DNA of 64,000 nt from Geosiphon pyriformis uo1 (GCA_016748015.1 JAAOMT010000301.1:1-64000), one strand, 5' to 3'. Positions 21,735-35,800 are shown, counted from the stretch's first letter. The notes: generated from the letters alone by a model not told the origin. Numbers and translations are program-made.

Positions 21735-24700
21735 TGTTATTTATAGAATATAAAAATTATATATTAGTACAAATTAGCCAATCAAAATAAGATGCAGTAA
21801 AAGTGAAATTTTAGGATTCCTTTTAGAAGAATTGCAAGATTCTAGTATAAAAAATTGCAAGATTCCAGAATTCCAGAATTCTTGGTTAAGAGAATTGAGA
21901 AATTCAAGAAATCTCATATAACAAAATTTATGTATATATAACAATAGTATTAAAAGCAAAAAAAAAGAATCTTTAGAGTAAAAGTTCTTAGTTTTAGAAT
22001 CTTTAGTTCTAATCTCATACTTATGTCTTTATATGATAGTATTCTATAACTTAAAGTAAAAACATTAAATATCAATAAAATATTTATTACCATCATAATT
22101 TATCTTTGTGCTATCAACAAACTCATGTTGATAATTACCAATACTTAAACATCTTAGACCTGATTATGGTTATTAATGAGATATTAACTTTTTCTTGCCT
22201 TGGCTTATCTTTTATTTCTTTTTTCATTATTTTCATTATTTTTTTTATTTCTTTTTTTTTATTTTGTTTTATTGTAGATTTACTAATTGATTAAAAAATT
22301 AAAGCACTGAGTTACTGATATCAAGAATTGTCTAGTAAAAAACTCCTACAAGAGAGTAGACATTTAGATTTAAGAATTACTTACTAGAGGATTGCCAGCC
22401 ACCAAGCTGAGAAAAAAATTTGATAAAATTGTGATTCCAGGAAGTTACAAATAAAACAACACCTAAATTTCTGTCTATTATACAAAAAACTTAACCAAAA
22501 CTTTCAGATATAAAAACCTTCAAAAACCAACTTCATTATATTAATTGAGGACTGAGTTACAAATTTGTTATTTGTTTCCAAACTCCAAATAATCATCTGT
22601 AATATTTGGTGCTCTCTATGAAGTATAATTCTACAAAGAATTAGCACCAATAACAATTATTCAAAAGTGGCAGAATCAGAAAGAAGAGAAACAAACCATT
22701 TAAGATTTACCAAATTCTTATTTCAATATTACTGTTAACACTTAGAATTAATTAACAACCAACTATTAGCAAAATTAAGCTTTCAACTTTTATGTTAACA
22801 AAAAAATTAAATATTTCTTAAGAGAACCAGTAAATACAAAATCCACAAGAGGAAATTTTTACAGTGAATTAATTCAATATATCAGCTTACTATTAAATTA
22901 CAATTTCATATTGATCATTACTGAAATCAACAAAAAAATTAAAAATTACATCCAACAAACATTTCCTATTACTTACATAGAAAAAGACAAAAAAAAACTA
23001 CAAACACCAGCAAGAACCCCAAAGCAAATACAATTATTTATGTGAAAGAAACAAAAAGTTGATTTACCAGCTAATTTATTATATTATTATACTTTCGGAA
23101 GTACTATCAATATAATATTAACAGATGTATTCACAGCAAATATGACAATTTTATTAAACAGACTTCTATTCTAAAGTAAACAGAAGAAAGCAGAGTTATT
23201 AGAAACCTATGGCAATTATTTTGAGGGATTCAAATCGTGATTACCAACACCATTAGAATTTTAATTACTGCTACTCCAACCAGATTTCAGAACCACTAGT
23301 CCTTAAAAAATAACAGAATCAGAAGAAAAAAAAAATGAATATCAGAAATTTAATTATCAAAATCTGATTTTGAAAAATCCAGAAATACAAACCCCAATTA
23401 TTCAACTCAGCAAAATCAGAACAATCCAAACACTGCTTCTATTATTCCTTAAAACTTACCTCCAGTAATCATGAGCAATTTATTACCAGTTGCACCAATT
23501 ATCAAACAACAACAACAGTCACAACCACCATTTTAGCAACTATTTTAACATCAACTACAATTACAACAATAACCATCACCACCACCATTACCACCATCAC
23601 TAGTACTAATGGTCTATGTTCCAATCACAAAACTCGAAAAATTTATTGGCAAAGAAAATAATGTACAAGTTTGGCTTAACAATATAGAAAAAACCATTGC
23701 AGCCAATGAATAAAATAATGCCAGAGCATTACAGACAATTCCATATTTTCTTTAAGATACTGTCAATTCATAGTATTAAAGTCTGATCCAAAAACCCCAA
23801 AATTTCAATATATTTAAAGTTGAATTTTTGAGATATTTTAGTAACAATAATAGTACTAATTATCTAGCCAATACTTTCACAACTATTAAACAAGGAGAAA
23901 CTGAAGCAGTTACTACTTATTTAGAATGCTTTTATAGAAGCCTGCACTAAATATAAGCAATTAATATAAATTATTTTACAGCACCACAGATTTTAAACCA
24001 GTTTATCTATAGGCTATGCAGTAGTATTTTCCAGTGTGTATGTTCAATGCACTCATAAACACTTCAGGACATAGTTACTAATGCCTAAGATTTTGAATCA
24101 GCTGAGCTAGAAGTTAATCATGTCCAAGCCATTAATCTAGTGATAAATAGATCATCTAACTTGGATTTGAAACTAAAACAATTTATTGAATTCATTAATT
24201 AAAAATTAAAAGAATACTTAGCTAACAACAATCAGACCATTTATTAACCACCACAATAACATACAAATCCAGAAAGTTCTAATTGAATCCAGAATTAGTC
24301 ATGTTTATCATCCAATCAATAGTAGCCATAAAAGATGCATATTTGCCACTATTGTAATAAACAAAGACACTTATAAATAGACTGTTAATTAAGATTGAAT
24401 AATTAACAATTGGGCAATCAATATTAAAACCCAGATTGCCAGTTTCTAACTTTGAATTACATCCAAAATCAGAAACCATATTAATTTTATTATCTACCAA
24501 TAATACAACAAATGTACTTACTTCCAATATATCAAATTCCAGCACCAGTCATTGATTAGCAGCAGCTGCAAACCATTTGTTAACTGTAGCTGCAAGTCAT
24601 GTACCAATTACAACCAATTCAAATTCAGCTCCAAAACTTATCTTAAAACAGAAGCCAAAGACTAAAAATGACTTAAATCCACCAAAATTGGAGATTGGCA

Positions 24701-25435
24701 ATAGTAATATACCAACCAATTCTTAGTTCAGCAACCCAACAATTTGAATTTCAACAGCAAAATGCAAGAACTAACTATGTCCAAAACCTAACCACCCAAT
24801 ACTATTTAAGTCTACTCGTTAACCCAGAAAACAACCAAATCAACAACTTAAAAGCCAATTAAACACTATTTACTAATAATATTTTACCTATTACCAGTAC
24901 AGAAGATGAGTTGTTTGTCACTATTTTTCTTTTCAAATTAGCAAAGTCAACCTTAATACTATTATTCAGTAGAGCCATTCTTGATACAAAACCTATTACC
25001 ATAATGTACACTAATGTTAAAGTTAATGGTTAATTTATCAAACTGATTTTTGATAGTAAGTTAGCAGACAGCATTATTATCTGACAACTTATAGACCAAT
25101 TAGGTTGTTAAGTTAATTGTACTGCCAGTGTCAAGATTATTACAACCAATAAAACAACCAAAACTTCTATTGGCAAGATTGATAATTTCTTATTTGAAGT
25201 TAATAACATCATTGTGTTCATAAAAGTTCTTGTCATAGAAGCCATACAGTACTAAATCCTAGTTGGTAATAACTGGCTGTTTAAGATCAATGTCATACTT
25301 GACTGAACTACATAAAAATTGCAACTCAGCCAAAATGGTCAACACACTCAAGTACCAGCCACCTGTGGTTATTTTAAAACTACCACACCAATATCACTTA
25401 TTAAAATTGAGAAAGAAAAAAAGAAATCTACCTAG
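21735..25435 (+). mobile_element. LTR element F, 5' part (LTR 21735-22604, PBS 22607, gag-PR from GTG 22667), truncated by an LTR insertion
   Basis: LTR matches solo 61853-62660; TGGTGCTCTCT PBS; MVYVPITKLEKFIG, decayed CCHC, LIFDSKLADS. Confidence 0.85.
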
Positions 25436-27296
25436 TGTTACAGATGATTATTTGGGGTCTCAAATCAAATAACAAATCCATAACTTGGTGCTTAATATCT
25501 TGACAATACTAGTAATACTGGTATGTTGGTTGTATCTAAAGGTTTTAGAGTTGAGTCTTTTGTATAATAAACAAAGATTTAATGTAATTAGTTAGTGAGT
25601 TGTGTTTCCAATGTTATCAGAGGTTTTTGGTCTCTTCTTAGCTCTTGTATGTTTGTTGTAATGCTGTTAATTCATGACTATGGGAAGTGTTTGAACCTCT
25701 GATAACTGAATTTTATCTTCAAATTATTTCCTATAATTTGAACTGCTAGGCTTATAAATGGAATGGCCAATTCCATGCCAGTTGCTTTGTGTAGTTATGT
25801 TGTAGTAAATATCAACTTTTTCCCAGGAATTGCTCATTTAGAAGCTCACTAAAAATGTGTAGTTACTTTGTTATGAAAGTCAACTCTTCTATAGGAACTT
25901 ATCTGTAGGCTACTCTAATAATTATAATAAAAAATAAAAGAAAGAAAATAAAAGAAATGTAAAAGAAATAGAATTCTGTCAAGAGAAACATTTTCTATCC
26001 AGGCCTGGAGTCACTAACAGTTTACTGAAATTGGTAGCTAATCAATTTCAAAACATTAGTTGGGTTTTGAGGATTTTTCTAAGTGCAATAATTAAAGAAT
26101 TTGGTTTTTCAAATTATTTGATATTTATTTCTTTTTGTGTGTATAGAAATGGTTCTAAGTAATAAATCTAAAGTAAGATACATTTTCTTGAAGAGAGAAG
26201 CTCTTCTTTTATACAACTTATTGTAACATTATTCTATGAACTTAAACTTTGTTCTTTTTTACAATTTCACTAAACTAAAGATACATTTTAGTGAACTACA
26301 AGTTATTTCTGTAAACTATTAGATATTTCGGTGAACTGTCAATTATTTCAGTGAATTTCTACAAATTTCAGCAAACTTTTGAATATTACATATTTTGGGG
26401 TATTGCATGATTGATCATTGCACTTAGATTACATTTGTGTTATGTACAAATTGGGTTATTAATTAAATGATAATTTCAGACATTTTGCTAATGTAATAAA
26501 TGATAATTTAAAACAATAATATATGCTAATTAATAATAGAAATAAAGATAATTTCATGCTAAATAATATCTCTAATTTCATTTGGTAACACTAATTTCTG
26601 TTTTCAGCTTGGTAGCTGGTTTATTCTGACAGTTATGCTCTTCTGGTAAGCTATCTATTAATATATATATAATTTTATCCTTATTTCTGGGTCTTTTACC
26701 AGACTATCTATGACATCAATTACTTAGCACTTTAATCCTTAATCAGTTAATATACAACAGTAAAAATCAAAGAAAAAAAGAGTAAAAGAAAATAAAAAAA
26801 TGAGCCAAGGTGATGTGCATGTTAGTATCTTATTAATAGCTATGATTAAGAGCTATTGTTCTAGTGTGATTAGGTATCAATTACTATCAACATAAAGTGT
26901 TGATAGTGGAGAGTAGATTTAGATAATGAATGATTTATTTATTTAATATTTGTGAATGGAAGATTTCTAACTAAAGGATTCTTATTTTTCTACTTTTAAC
27001 ACTACTGCTATATATACATAATTGATGTTCTACGAAATTGCTTACATTCCTGAGCAATGTGCTATGATTTCTTGAGCAATGCTCACATTGCTGAGCGATG
27101 TACTCTAATTTTCTAACATTGCTCCATATTGTTGAGCAATGTGCCATGTTTTCTGATATTGCTCCACATTGCTAAGCAATGTGCCATGATTTCTATCATT
27201 GCTCTACATTGCTGAGCAATGTGCTCATGTGTTACATACTATTCACTCATTGGTCTACTATTCTCCCTATATCTGGTTTTTTTTTTATGAGTAATA
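25436..27296 (-). repeat. Family-B 3' LTR (interrupted by solo LTR 25612-26590)
   Basis: TGTTACAGATG...GAGTAATA; PPT at 27297-27312. Confidence 0.9.
25612..26590 (-). repeat. Solo LTR of an E-type subfamily
   Basis: TGTTATCAG...GGTAACA; reverse-complement homology to 40412-41385; TSD CCAA/CTAA. Confidence 0.88.
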
Positions 27297-27310
27297 TTAT
27301 CTCCTCCTTT

Positions 27311-27946
27311 TTAATATTGAGCTCTGTCAAAATCTTCATTCTGAATTAGCTCTAATACTTCTTTTTCTAGTATTGTTTGTTTGACTTTATTTTTCATGTT
27401 TTCTATTTGTATATTGTTCATTCTTCCCTATTGGTTAATGGTTATAGTTTTCATGTCAGAGTGTAACAGTATTTCTAGATAGTTCTGAAATATATTGTGC
27501 AGTTAGTAAATTGTTCTCACATGTAGTGTTGAGTTTGTCTTTTTTCCAATAAATTCTTCAATTTGCTGTATTATGTTTTGGTTAAATATTCTCTTGGATT
27601 TGTCGATATACAACTCTTGAATATTCAACTTTTGACTTAACTGGTAGTAACAGTATGATATTGGAAGTTGTTCTGTCCATTGCTTCCAATTCTTTTTTGT
27701 AAGTTCTTCTGTTGGTGCTATAATAGGTATTTTCCCAAAAGTGTTCTTTACTTTTTCTATTATTTTATCTGACCAGTTTTTATCATTCTTTGATAACTGC
27801 TAATATGGTGTATTCTTTGTCTTTTTTTTGGTGTTTCAATAGCAAATTGTTTAGTTGTTAATAATAATTTTCATGTCTAAAAGTTGTTGACTTAAGGCCT
27901 GGAATAATTGTTGAGCTATGATGTGAATATGATTTGGTATTTCCAT
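27311..27946 (-). pseudogene. Element D ORF3
   Basis: ATG MEIPNHIHIIAQQLFQAL...PISYCYYQLSQKL...DFDRAQY*; 212 codons with stops; clear similarity to A ORF3. Confidence 0.78.
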
Positions 27947-28009
27947 TTTTTTTCTTGGTTGCCTTTGTCATGTATACTGTGTTTTTATATACTCTTTCAT
28001 TGTTTGATT

Positions 28010-29386
28010 TTACGTGTTTGGTCCAATGATTATGATTGGTTCCAGATCTTATGGAATCTTCTCTGGTTGAACTAGTATTTGTTGTACTTCCAATTGTGGA
28101 ATGTTATTGGTAAATGATGATACTATTTGATAATATGGTTTTAGTTGATCACCATGTGCTGCTTTGGTTAAAATTTTGTTGTCCCATTTTAATTTATAAG
28201 TTCCATTTCCAAGAATTTCTTCTATGTGAAATGGTCTGTCCCATTTGAGATCAAATTTTCCACTCCATTGTTTTTCCGCTTTGGTATGATGTAGAAATAC
28301 TTTGTTTTCAATCTTGAATTCAACTGGTTTATCTGGTAATTAATTATTGTGTCATTTTTTTTGCTTTTCTTGAGACTTTTAAATATTATCAGCTGCTTTT
28401 TGTTGTTTGTTTTCTAGTGTTTCCATTAGGTCATATGTTCTTTTCAACAATGTTTCTTGGAAATTAGCTTCTGTTATTGGTTCAATTGGATATGTGTTGA
28501 CCTCTATTTCAACTGGTAATATTGCTGTTCTACTATATACTAATTCAAATAGTGTTGCTTGTGTAGTATCTTGTCTCATTGTTTGATAAACAAATAATAC
28601 TGATGGTATAAACAAATTCTATTCATCTTGGTTTTCTTGACTGATTTTGGCAATTGCTTCACACAATGTTCTATTGAATCTTTCAACTAGTTCATTGGTT
28701 TGTGGATGATATGGTGATAATAATGGTCTTTTTATTCCAAATCTCTGACTTAATTTTGTTAATGTTTTATTCACAAAATGAGTTCTTTGATCTGATAGTA
28801 GTTCTTTTGGACATTCGTGTCAACATATCAAATCTTGATGAATGAATTCAGCAATGGATTTTGCATCTGCTCTTTAAATGGCTTTTGCTTCTGGCCATTT
28901 TGTGAGATAGTCCATAGCTACTGCAATATATCTGTTGTTTCTACTGGTAATTGTTAATGGTCTGACTAAGTCAATTCCAATGTGATTAAATGGTTGTCCT
29001 ACTTTGATTGGTTTTAATGGTTTACTGTGTTTTGTTCCACCTCTTCTTTGACAAGCATTACAACTTTGAACATATTGGATGATGTCTGGATACATTGATG
29101 GCCAATAGTATCTTTTTCTGATTCTTTCTATGGTTGCTTTTTTATAAAAATGTCCTGCTGTTGGATTTGAATACATGTTAAACAATATTGTTTCTTTTTC
29201 TGATTCTGTAATTACTCTGGTTGGTTGGTCTGGATTTCTTCTGTTTTTTCAGTAAAGTATATTTTGATGATTGATGAAATATTTTGATTGCTGTTTTATG
29301 TTGTTTTGTTCTTTTTGAGATAATTTCTCCTTGAATGATTGAGTATTTATATAATGCTGGAGTTGTTGGTATTTTTGTGTGTTCAT
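28010..29386 (-). pseudogene. Element D integrase (stand-alone ORF)
   Basis: ATG MNTQKY after the RH stop and two further stops; AGHF, CNAC, IGIDLV, SDQ, WDRPF. Confidence 0.9.
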
Positions 29387-29416
29387 TTTTTATTATATTT
29401 TTGGGTTGAAATGTTT

Positions 29417-31755
29417 TTAGATTTGTCTCATTCGCGACAATCTGTCAGCATTTCCATTGTCTTTTCCTTTTTTATAATGTACTGTATAATTGAATGATGA
29501 AAGTTCTATTTTCCATCTGGCATAATGATCATCTGCAAATTTTTGTTTCTGGATTGAAGTCAATCCTTTGTAATCCATATATATTTCAAACTTTTGGCTC
29601 AAGTATTTTCTCCATTTGATAACAGCCCAATAGATTGCTAAGTGTTTTAGTGCTGGAGCTCCATAGTTTTTTTCAGCTGGACTTAAACTTCTACTGGTGT
29701 AAGCTACTAGATGCTTTCTTCCATCAGGTCTTTTCTGTGATAGTACTGCTTCCAATACTTGACCTGATGCATTAGTAGTAATGATGAATGGTTTGTTGTA
29801 ATCTGGATACATCAATACTGGAGCTTGGATAAGCTTTCTTCTCAATGTGTTAAATGCTTCTTGTTGAGCTCCATTTATACTTCACATTTTTGGTTTGTAA
29901 ATGGTGAAGTGGCTGAGCTAGTTTAGAAAAGTCTTTGATAAAGTGGTAATAGTAGTTTATGAATTCCAAAAATGCTCTTAGTTTTGACAAGTTGGCTGGT
30001 ACTGAAAAGTTCTTAACTACTTTAATCTTGTTTGGATCTGTTTTGATTTCGTTTTTGCTCACCACATGTCTCAAAAACTTGAGTTCAGTTTTTTCAAAGA
30101 AACATTTGGTTGTATTTAGTTTCAATCTAACTCTTTTTAACCTTTCAAATACTTGTTGGAAATGATGCAAATGATCATCAAATGTTTTTGAAAACACATT
30201 GGTGTCATCCAAGTATACAACTACTGATTTCCATAGTAATCCAGTATAAACAATTTTCATGAGCTGTTGAAATGTTGCTGGAACATTTATTAAGCCAAAT
30301 GGCATGACTTCAAACTCAAAATTTCCTTCTTTTGTGGTGAACACTGTTTTTTCTTTGTCAGCTGGATCCATGGCTATTTGCCAGTAACCACTATCTAAGT
30401 CCAGTGTTGAGAACCATTTATTTCTTCCAAAAGCATTAAATAGTTCTTGGATCTTTGGAGTTGGATAGCTATCACTTTTTGTTACTCTATTCAGTTTCTG
30501 GTAGTCTACACAAAAACGAATTTTTTCATTTTTTTTATGGATTAGTACTACTGGTGACAACCATGGACTTATTAATGGCTGAATTAGCCTGTTGTTAAGC
30601 ATCCAGTTGATTTCTTGACAAATGATCTTATGGCTAGCTGGTGGTACTCTGTATGCTTTTTGTTTAATTGGCATTGCATCTCCAGTCTTGATCTAATGTT
30701 GGATGATATTGGTTTGGCCAAATTCATTTTTGCTAGCAAAAATGTTATTGAAATTGTTGAGTAATATCTTGAGTTGCATCTATTGAAATAGATCTAAATT
30801 CCCTATGTTCATCTGTTCCAATTGTTCTGGTTCGAGCAGATAACATTCACTTTGTCTGTAGATAGTTTGTGATGTAATGTTCACATATCTGCAAAGCTGT
30901 AGAAAATCTGAAATGTGATTTGGTGGTTAATCCTCAACTTCAGTGGTCAAATATCCAATAATAGTTCTCTTTGGTATTTCAATGACACTTCCGATTGTGT
31001 TATAGATGAAAATTTTGATGTTTTTGGGGCTTTTGGCTGATATGTAGAGATTAGTAAGTCCAATCTCTCCTAATTCACAAATGGTGACTTCTGCTTCAAA
31101 CAACTAAGTCTGATTCTTTATTTCTCTTTTTATAGGTAACATATACTGGTCATATAGTAAAATGGAAATTGATTAATGGGCTGAGATAATTTCTCCTTTG
31201 TCAATAACCTCTTCCTCTACTATATTAACTGATATGTCTATTCTACCCATTGATCCGAATTCCTGTATCTTTCTAGCAGTAATCCTTAATTCTTCCCTGT
31301 TTCCCACTAACACTAATTGAGCTATTTTTACCAGAGGTAGGAATATTGCTTGTGATATCTTTTCATTTGGCTCTATGATATAGGCCTTTTCAGAGTCATT
31401 TTGTAGCATAGCAATGATATTTCCTATATACCTTGCGTCAATTATTCTTCTTCTGATGTTGATTCCTTTTTTTGCTAAACTATTCTTAGATGCTAATTGA
31501 ACCATAGTTGTTGTTGGAATTTCCAGAGCTATTTTAAGATCAATACATGTGCACGAATTTGGTTCCAATTTGATGGCTTCTTTTTCTAGATATTTTAAAT
31601 CAAACCCTGCATCAGTATTATGTACACATTCTGGCATGATATCTTCATTATTGTTACTATACTATTTGAGTTCTTGCTCTTTAGATGGATCAGGAAGTGC
31701 AATATATATTTCGGGTTTGAATTGGAGTCTGAATTGCTGATATTTTTGTTGTCAT
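29417..31755 (-). pseudogene. Element D dUTPase, RT and RNase H
   Basis: DAGFDL, IIDARYIG, ISQAIF (31245-31670); RFCVDYQKLN, VYLDD, NADRLSR. Confidence 0.92.
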
Positions 31756-32770
31756 TGTTACCAGTAGAATTTTAGCTATTAATTAGCATGAAATTATCCA
31801 TATAATTCCTATAATTCATTAGTATATTAATATCATTTCAAATTATCATTTATTATTTAATCAATTATCACATATCACGATCCAATTAAAATAATCTAAT
31901 TAGTATAACAGAAAGTAGGATGATCAAATTACACAATATCCTGAACTTTGTAACATTCAAAAATTTGCTAAAATTTACAGAAATTTGCCGAAATCTATAA
32001 GAAATTCGCCGAAATTTACAGAAATTTGCCGAAATTATAAATAGTTCACCCAAATTAATCAATAGTTTAGCGAAATAACTTGTAGTTCATCAAAATATAT
32101 CTTTAGTTCACTGAAATTTGAGCAAAGAGAAAAAGTGCAAGTTCATAGACTAGTACTACAACAAGTTGTATAAAAGAAGAGCTTTTCTCTTCTGGAAAAT
32201 GTATTTTACTTTAGATTTATCTCTTAAAACCATTTCTATATACACAAAAAGAAATAAATATCAAATAATTTGAAAAAACCAAATTCTTTAATTATTGTAC
32301 TTAGAAAAACCCCCAAAAACCCAACTAATATTTCGAAATTGATTAGCTACCAATTTCAGTAAACTGTTAGTGACTCCAGGCCTGGATAAAAAACGTTTCC
32401 CTTGATAAAAACTTATTTCTTTTACATTTCTTTTATTTTTCTTTTCTTTTCTTATTACAATCATTAAGGTAGCCTACAGACAAGATTCCTGTAGAAGAGT
32501 TGACTTTTACAGCAAAGTAACTACATATTTTTAGTGAGCTTCCAGATGAGCAATTTCTGGGAAAGAGTTGACATTTACTACAATGTAATTACATAAAGTA
32601 ACTGGCAAAGAATTGGCCATTCCACTTATAAGCCCAGCAGTTCAAATTATAGAAGATAATTTGAAGATAAATTCAGTTATTGGAGGTTCAACCACATCCA
32701 GAAAACGTGAATTTACAACAAACAGGCATCAACAACATTTAAGAAAAGAGACCAAAAATCTCTGGTAACA
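31756..32770 (+). repeat. Element E 5' LTR
   Basis: TGTTACCAG...GGTAACA; 20-bp GAAATTCGCCGAAATTTACA array with two more units than the 3' LTR. Confidence 0.92.
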
Positions 32771-32815
32771 TTTGGTGCTCTCCCATGGAAATAACACAGC
32801 AACAACAAATTCAAA

Positions 32816-35800
32816 GTGGTGACCACACCAGACACAGCAACTCTAGAGTATTATCAGTCAATTTACACCCACTGCAAGCAAAGATTCAACATTCCAGATG
32901 GAATTGAAGTTGTAAAGAAATCAGTATACCAATACATTAAAAACCACATCAACAATTATCTTTTTGGAAACTACAACATTTCAGAAGTTAGAAGCAATCT
33001 CTACAATAATTTAGTACACTATTCACAATTGGAAACAAAAAACCTGAACAGTAAAACACTTGCTATCTACTTCCAAGAACTTAATTTTAACATTATTGAG
33101 TATTGTGAAGAAAAATACCCAGTACAGTTTAAATACACTTTTGATTTTGAATCAGAGACAGAAACAAGCAACAAAGGCAAACAAAGATTGAAGCAATATT
33201 CAAAAACCACTCCAAACACTCCAACACTACAAAAGACAACTGCCAAACACTTGCAAACACCTAAACAAGGAACCAGTGTCAAATTACCACTTTCTATTAC
33301 ACCATTTCCAATTTTACTTGTTCAACCACAAACACCAAGTTCACTTCTTAGCCATTTCTCCAGACCAGAAGATTTTCAGTCACCTAAAAATCCTACTCAA
33401 CAGCAGGAACCAATATCAACAAGTGCCAATATCATTGATTACTTACAAGAAAACGAAAGTAATCACTCAGAAAGCTTGGAAAGTAAAGAAACTGAATCAG
33501 AACCAGAAGAAATTACAGAAAATGAAGAAGAAATGGCAACTGCTTACATTGCAAAAATTCCAGAATTCACTGGTAAAGACAATGATACCAGTCCTCAAGA
33601 ATGGCTTGACAAGGTTCAAAAAGCAGAAGATGCAAATGGTTGGATTGCAGCAAGAATGCTCAAAGCAATTCCCTACTTTTTCCAAGGAACAGCAGGAGAA
33701 TGGTTTGAAAATTTAGAAGAACCATTTGAAAACTGGCAAGCATTTAAAGATGCTTTTCTACAACAATTTACTGACAACAATACCTTTATTACTCTCAGAA
33801 ACTACTTTCACAATATCAAACAAGAAACATCTGAATCTGTTATGACCTATTTTGGAAGATTTAACAAACTTCTCAGACAAATTCAACAATTAGAAACCAA
33901 TGACTACTATTCTGATGCTCAAATTCTGGATCAGTTTATAGCAGGGTTAAAAGACAAACTGATTAAGAAAGTCTGTCCACATGCTCCAGCAGACTTAGCA
34001 ACTGCTATTAGACATACAAAGAGCTATGAGATGGCAATGGAAGAAGCAAATAACACCAAGCTTGTAAACCTTGCAATTGGAAAAACCAGCTCAACAGCTG
34101 AAGAAAAGATAGACCAACTTACAAAGAAAGTTGAAAGCTATTTTACAAACCAACAACAACAGCAGCAACAACCACAAAAATATCAACCACCACAATGACA
34201 CAACCAAAACAATTTTGGATTACTATCCAACAACCAATCTCAAAATTGTCATTATTGTGGAATTTCAGGACACTGGAAACGAGATTATAGGAAATTACAA
34301 AGAGACCAACAAAACAGGAGTAATCAATGTTACTTTTCACCACAACAATCCTATTACCAATCTCCACTACCAACCTATTATTCACCAAAACCACAAAATC
34401 AAAACTACTATCCACCAGCTCCACAATTAATGCAGCAACAATATCAGCAACCTTTACCAATTCAGCCATATCAGATACCACCCACTTAACAATATCAAGT
34501 ACCAGCAAGAAGATTGGTTCAACATAACCAATTCACATTCCAAAATCAATTGCAGAATAACCACAACAGAATCAATTCAAATAACTAGTTGGTTCCCCGA
34601 AATTTGGGTCAGCAAAGACCCAATCATTATCACACTCAACCCAGTTATCTTACAATACCAGAAGAATCGGATTTTCAACAAACTGCACTTTCTGAAGATG
34701 AAATTGCAGTGCTAAGATCAAATCCTTCCAACCACACCATTCCACCAGCTCAAATTGCCCAAAATGCTAATCTGTCAGATATATTTTCATTTGAATTTGA
34801 AGCAAATGAATCACCATTTCTGCTTAGTAATACAGCAGTTAATGAACAGAAAGCAATTACTGCTATGTACACAGAAGCTACAGTGAAAGAAAAACCCATT
34901 TGCTTAATCTTAGATAGTGGATCAGCTGGAAGTATCATTACTTACCAGCTGATACAACAACTCAAACAAAATGTAGACAGACCAGCTCAAACAGTTATTG
35001 TCACAGCTGATGGTATGAAGAAGACTTCAGTAGGAGAAATTGATGATTTCCCTTTTTCAATTGATAGAATCACCATTCCAGTTAAAATTCTTGTTATGGA
35101 TGCACCCCAATACCAAGCTCTAGTCGGAAATGATTGACTTCTCAAGGCCAATGCAAACCTGAACTGAGAAACTCAAGAACTTAAAATCTCATACCAAGGA
35201 CAATATACCATAGTACCTGCAATCTGTGGTACCTTTAACAAACGATCAAAAAAAGCTCCAGTATTTGAATTTGAAAAGAAGAAAGAAATGCCACTTACTG
35301 AAACCTACATGGCTCTTGAATCAACATCCAATTGGGCTGAAGAAACTGAACAAAAAATTTTTGAAGAATCAAGGGAATGGAAGAAAGTTAGATATTCTAC
35401 ACCAGAACCATGGAAACAACCATCCTATATTCTACTCAAATGCAAAAATTGCAACAAAAAACTTTCATCAATGGGAGCATGTATTTCTCCAGAAAAGGAA
35501 TATGAAACTCATACCTGTTACTTTTGCAAAGCATGCCATAGAGAACGATTTGGATCTCCAAAAAGAAGTGGAAAATAGGACAACACACCTTGCCTTACAT
35601 GTGGAGAAATGCTACCAGAAAAATGCAATTGGATTGATGTAGCAATGAGAAGAGGAGTATGTGATCAAACCTGTCAATATGCTCTATCAATTTCGAAAAA
35701 AGTCAGAAGAGGAACACCATTTGATGCAGCATACAATAGTGCTCTCAATAAACTTTACCACTACTCTCATAATGCTGAAATAATTTTTGACCTAACAATG

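Noticed and set aside
24640-24790. Gag-pol frameshift in family F/B
   Set aside because: Reading from the CCHC knuckle, the Q/P-rich frame continues into PR; only C>T-type stops interrupt it
32785-32907. ATG at 32785 as the gag start of E
   Set aside because: Out of frame with gag, lies at the PBS edge and closes after about 40 codons
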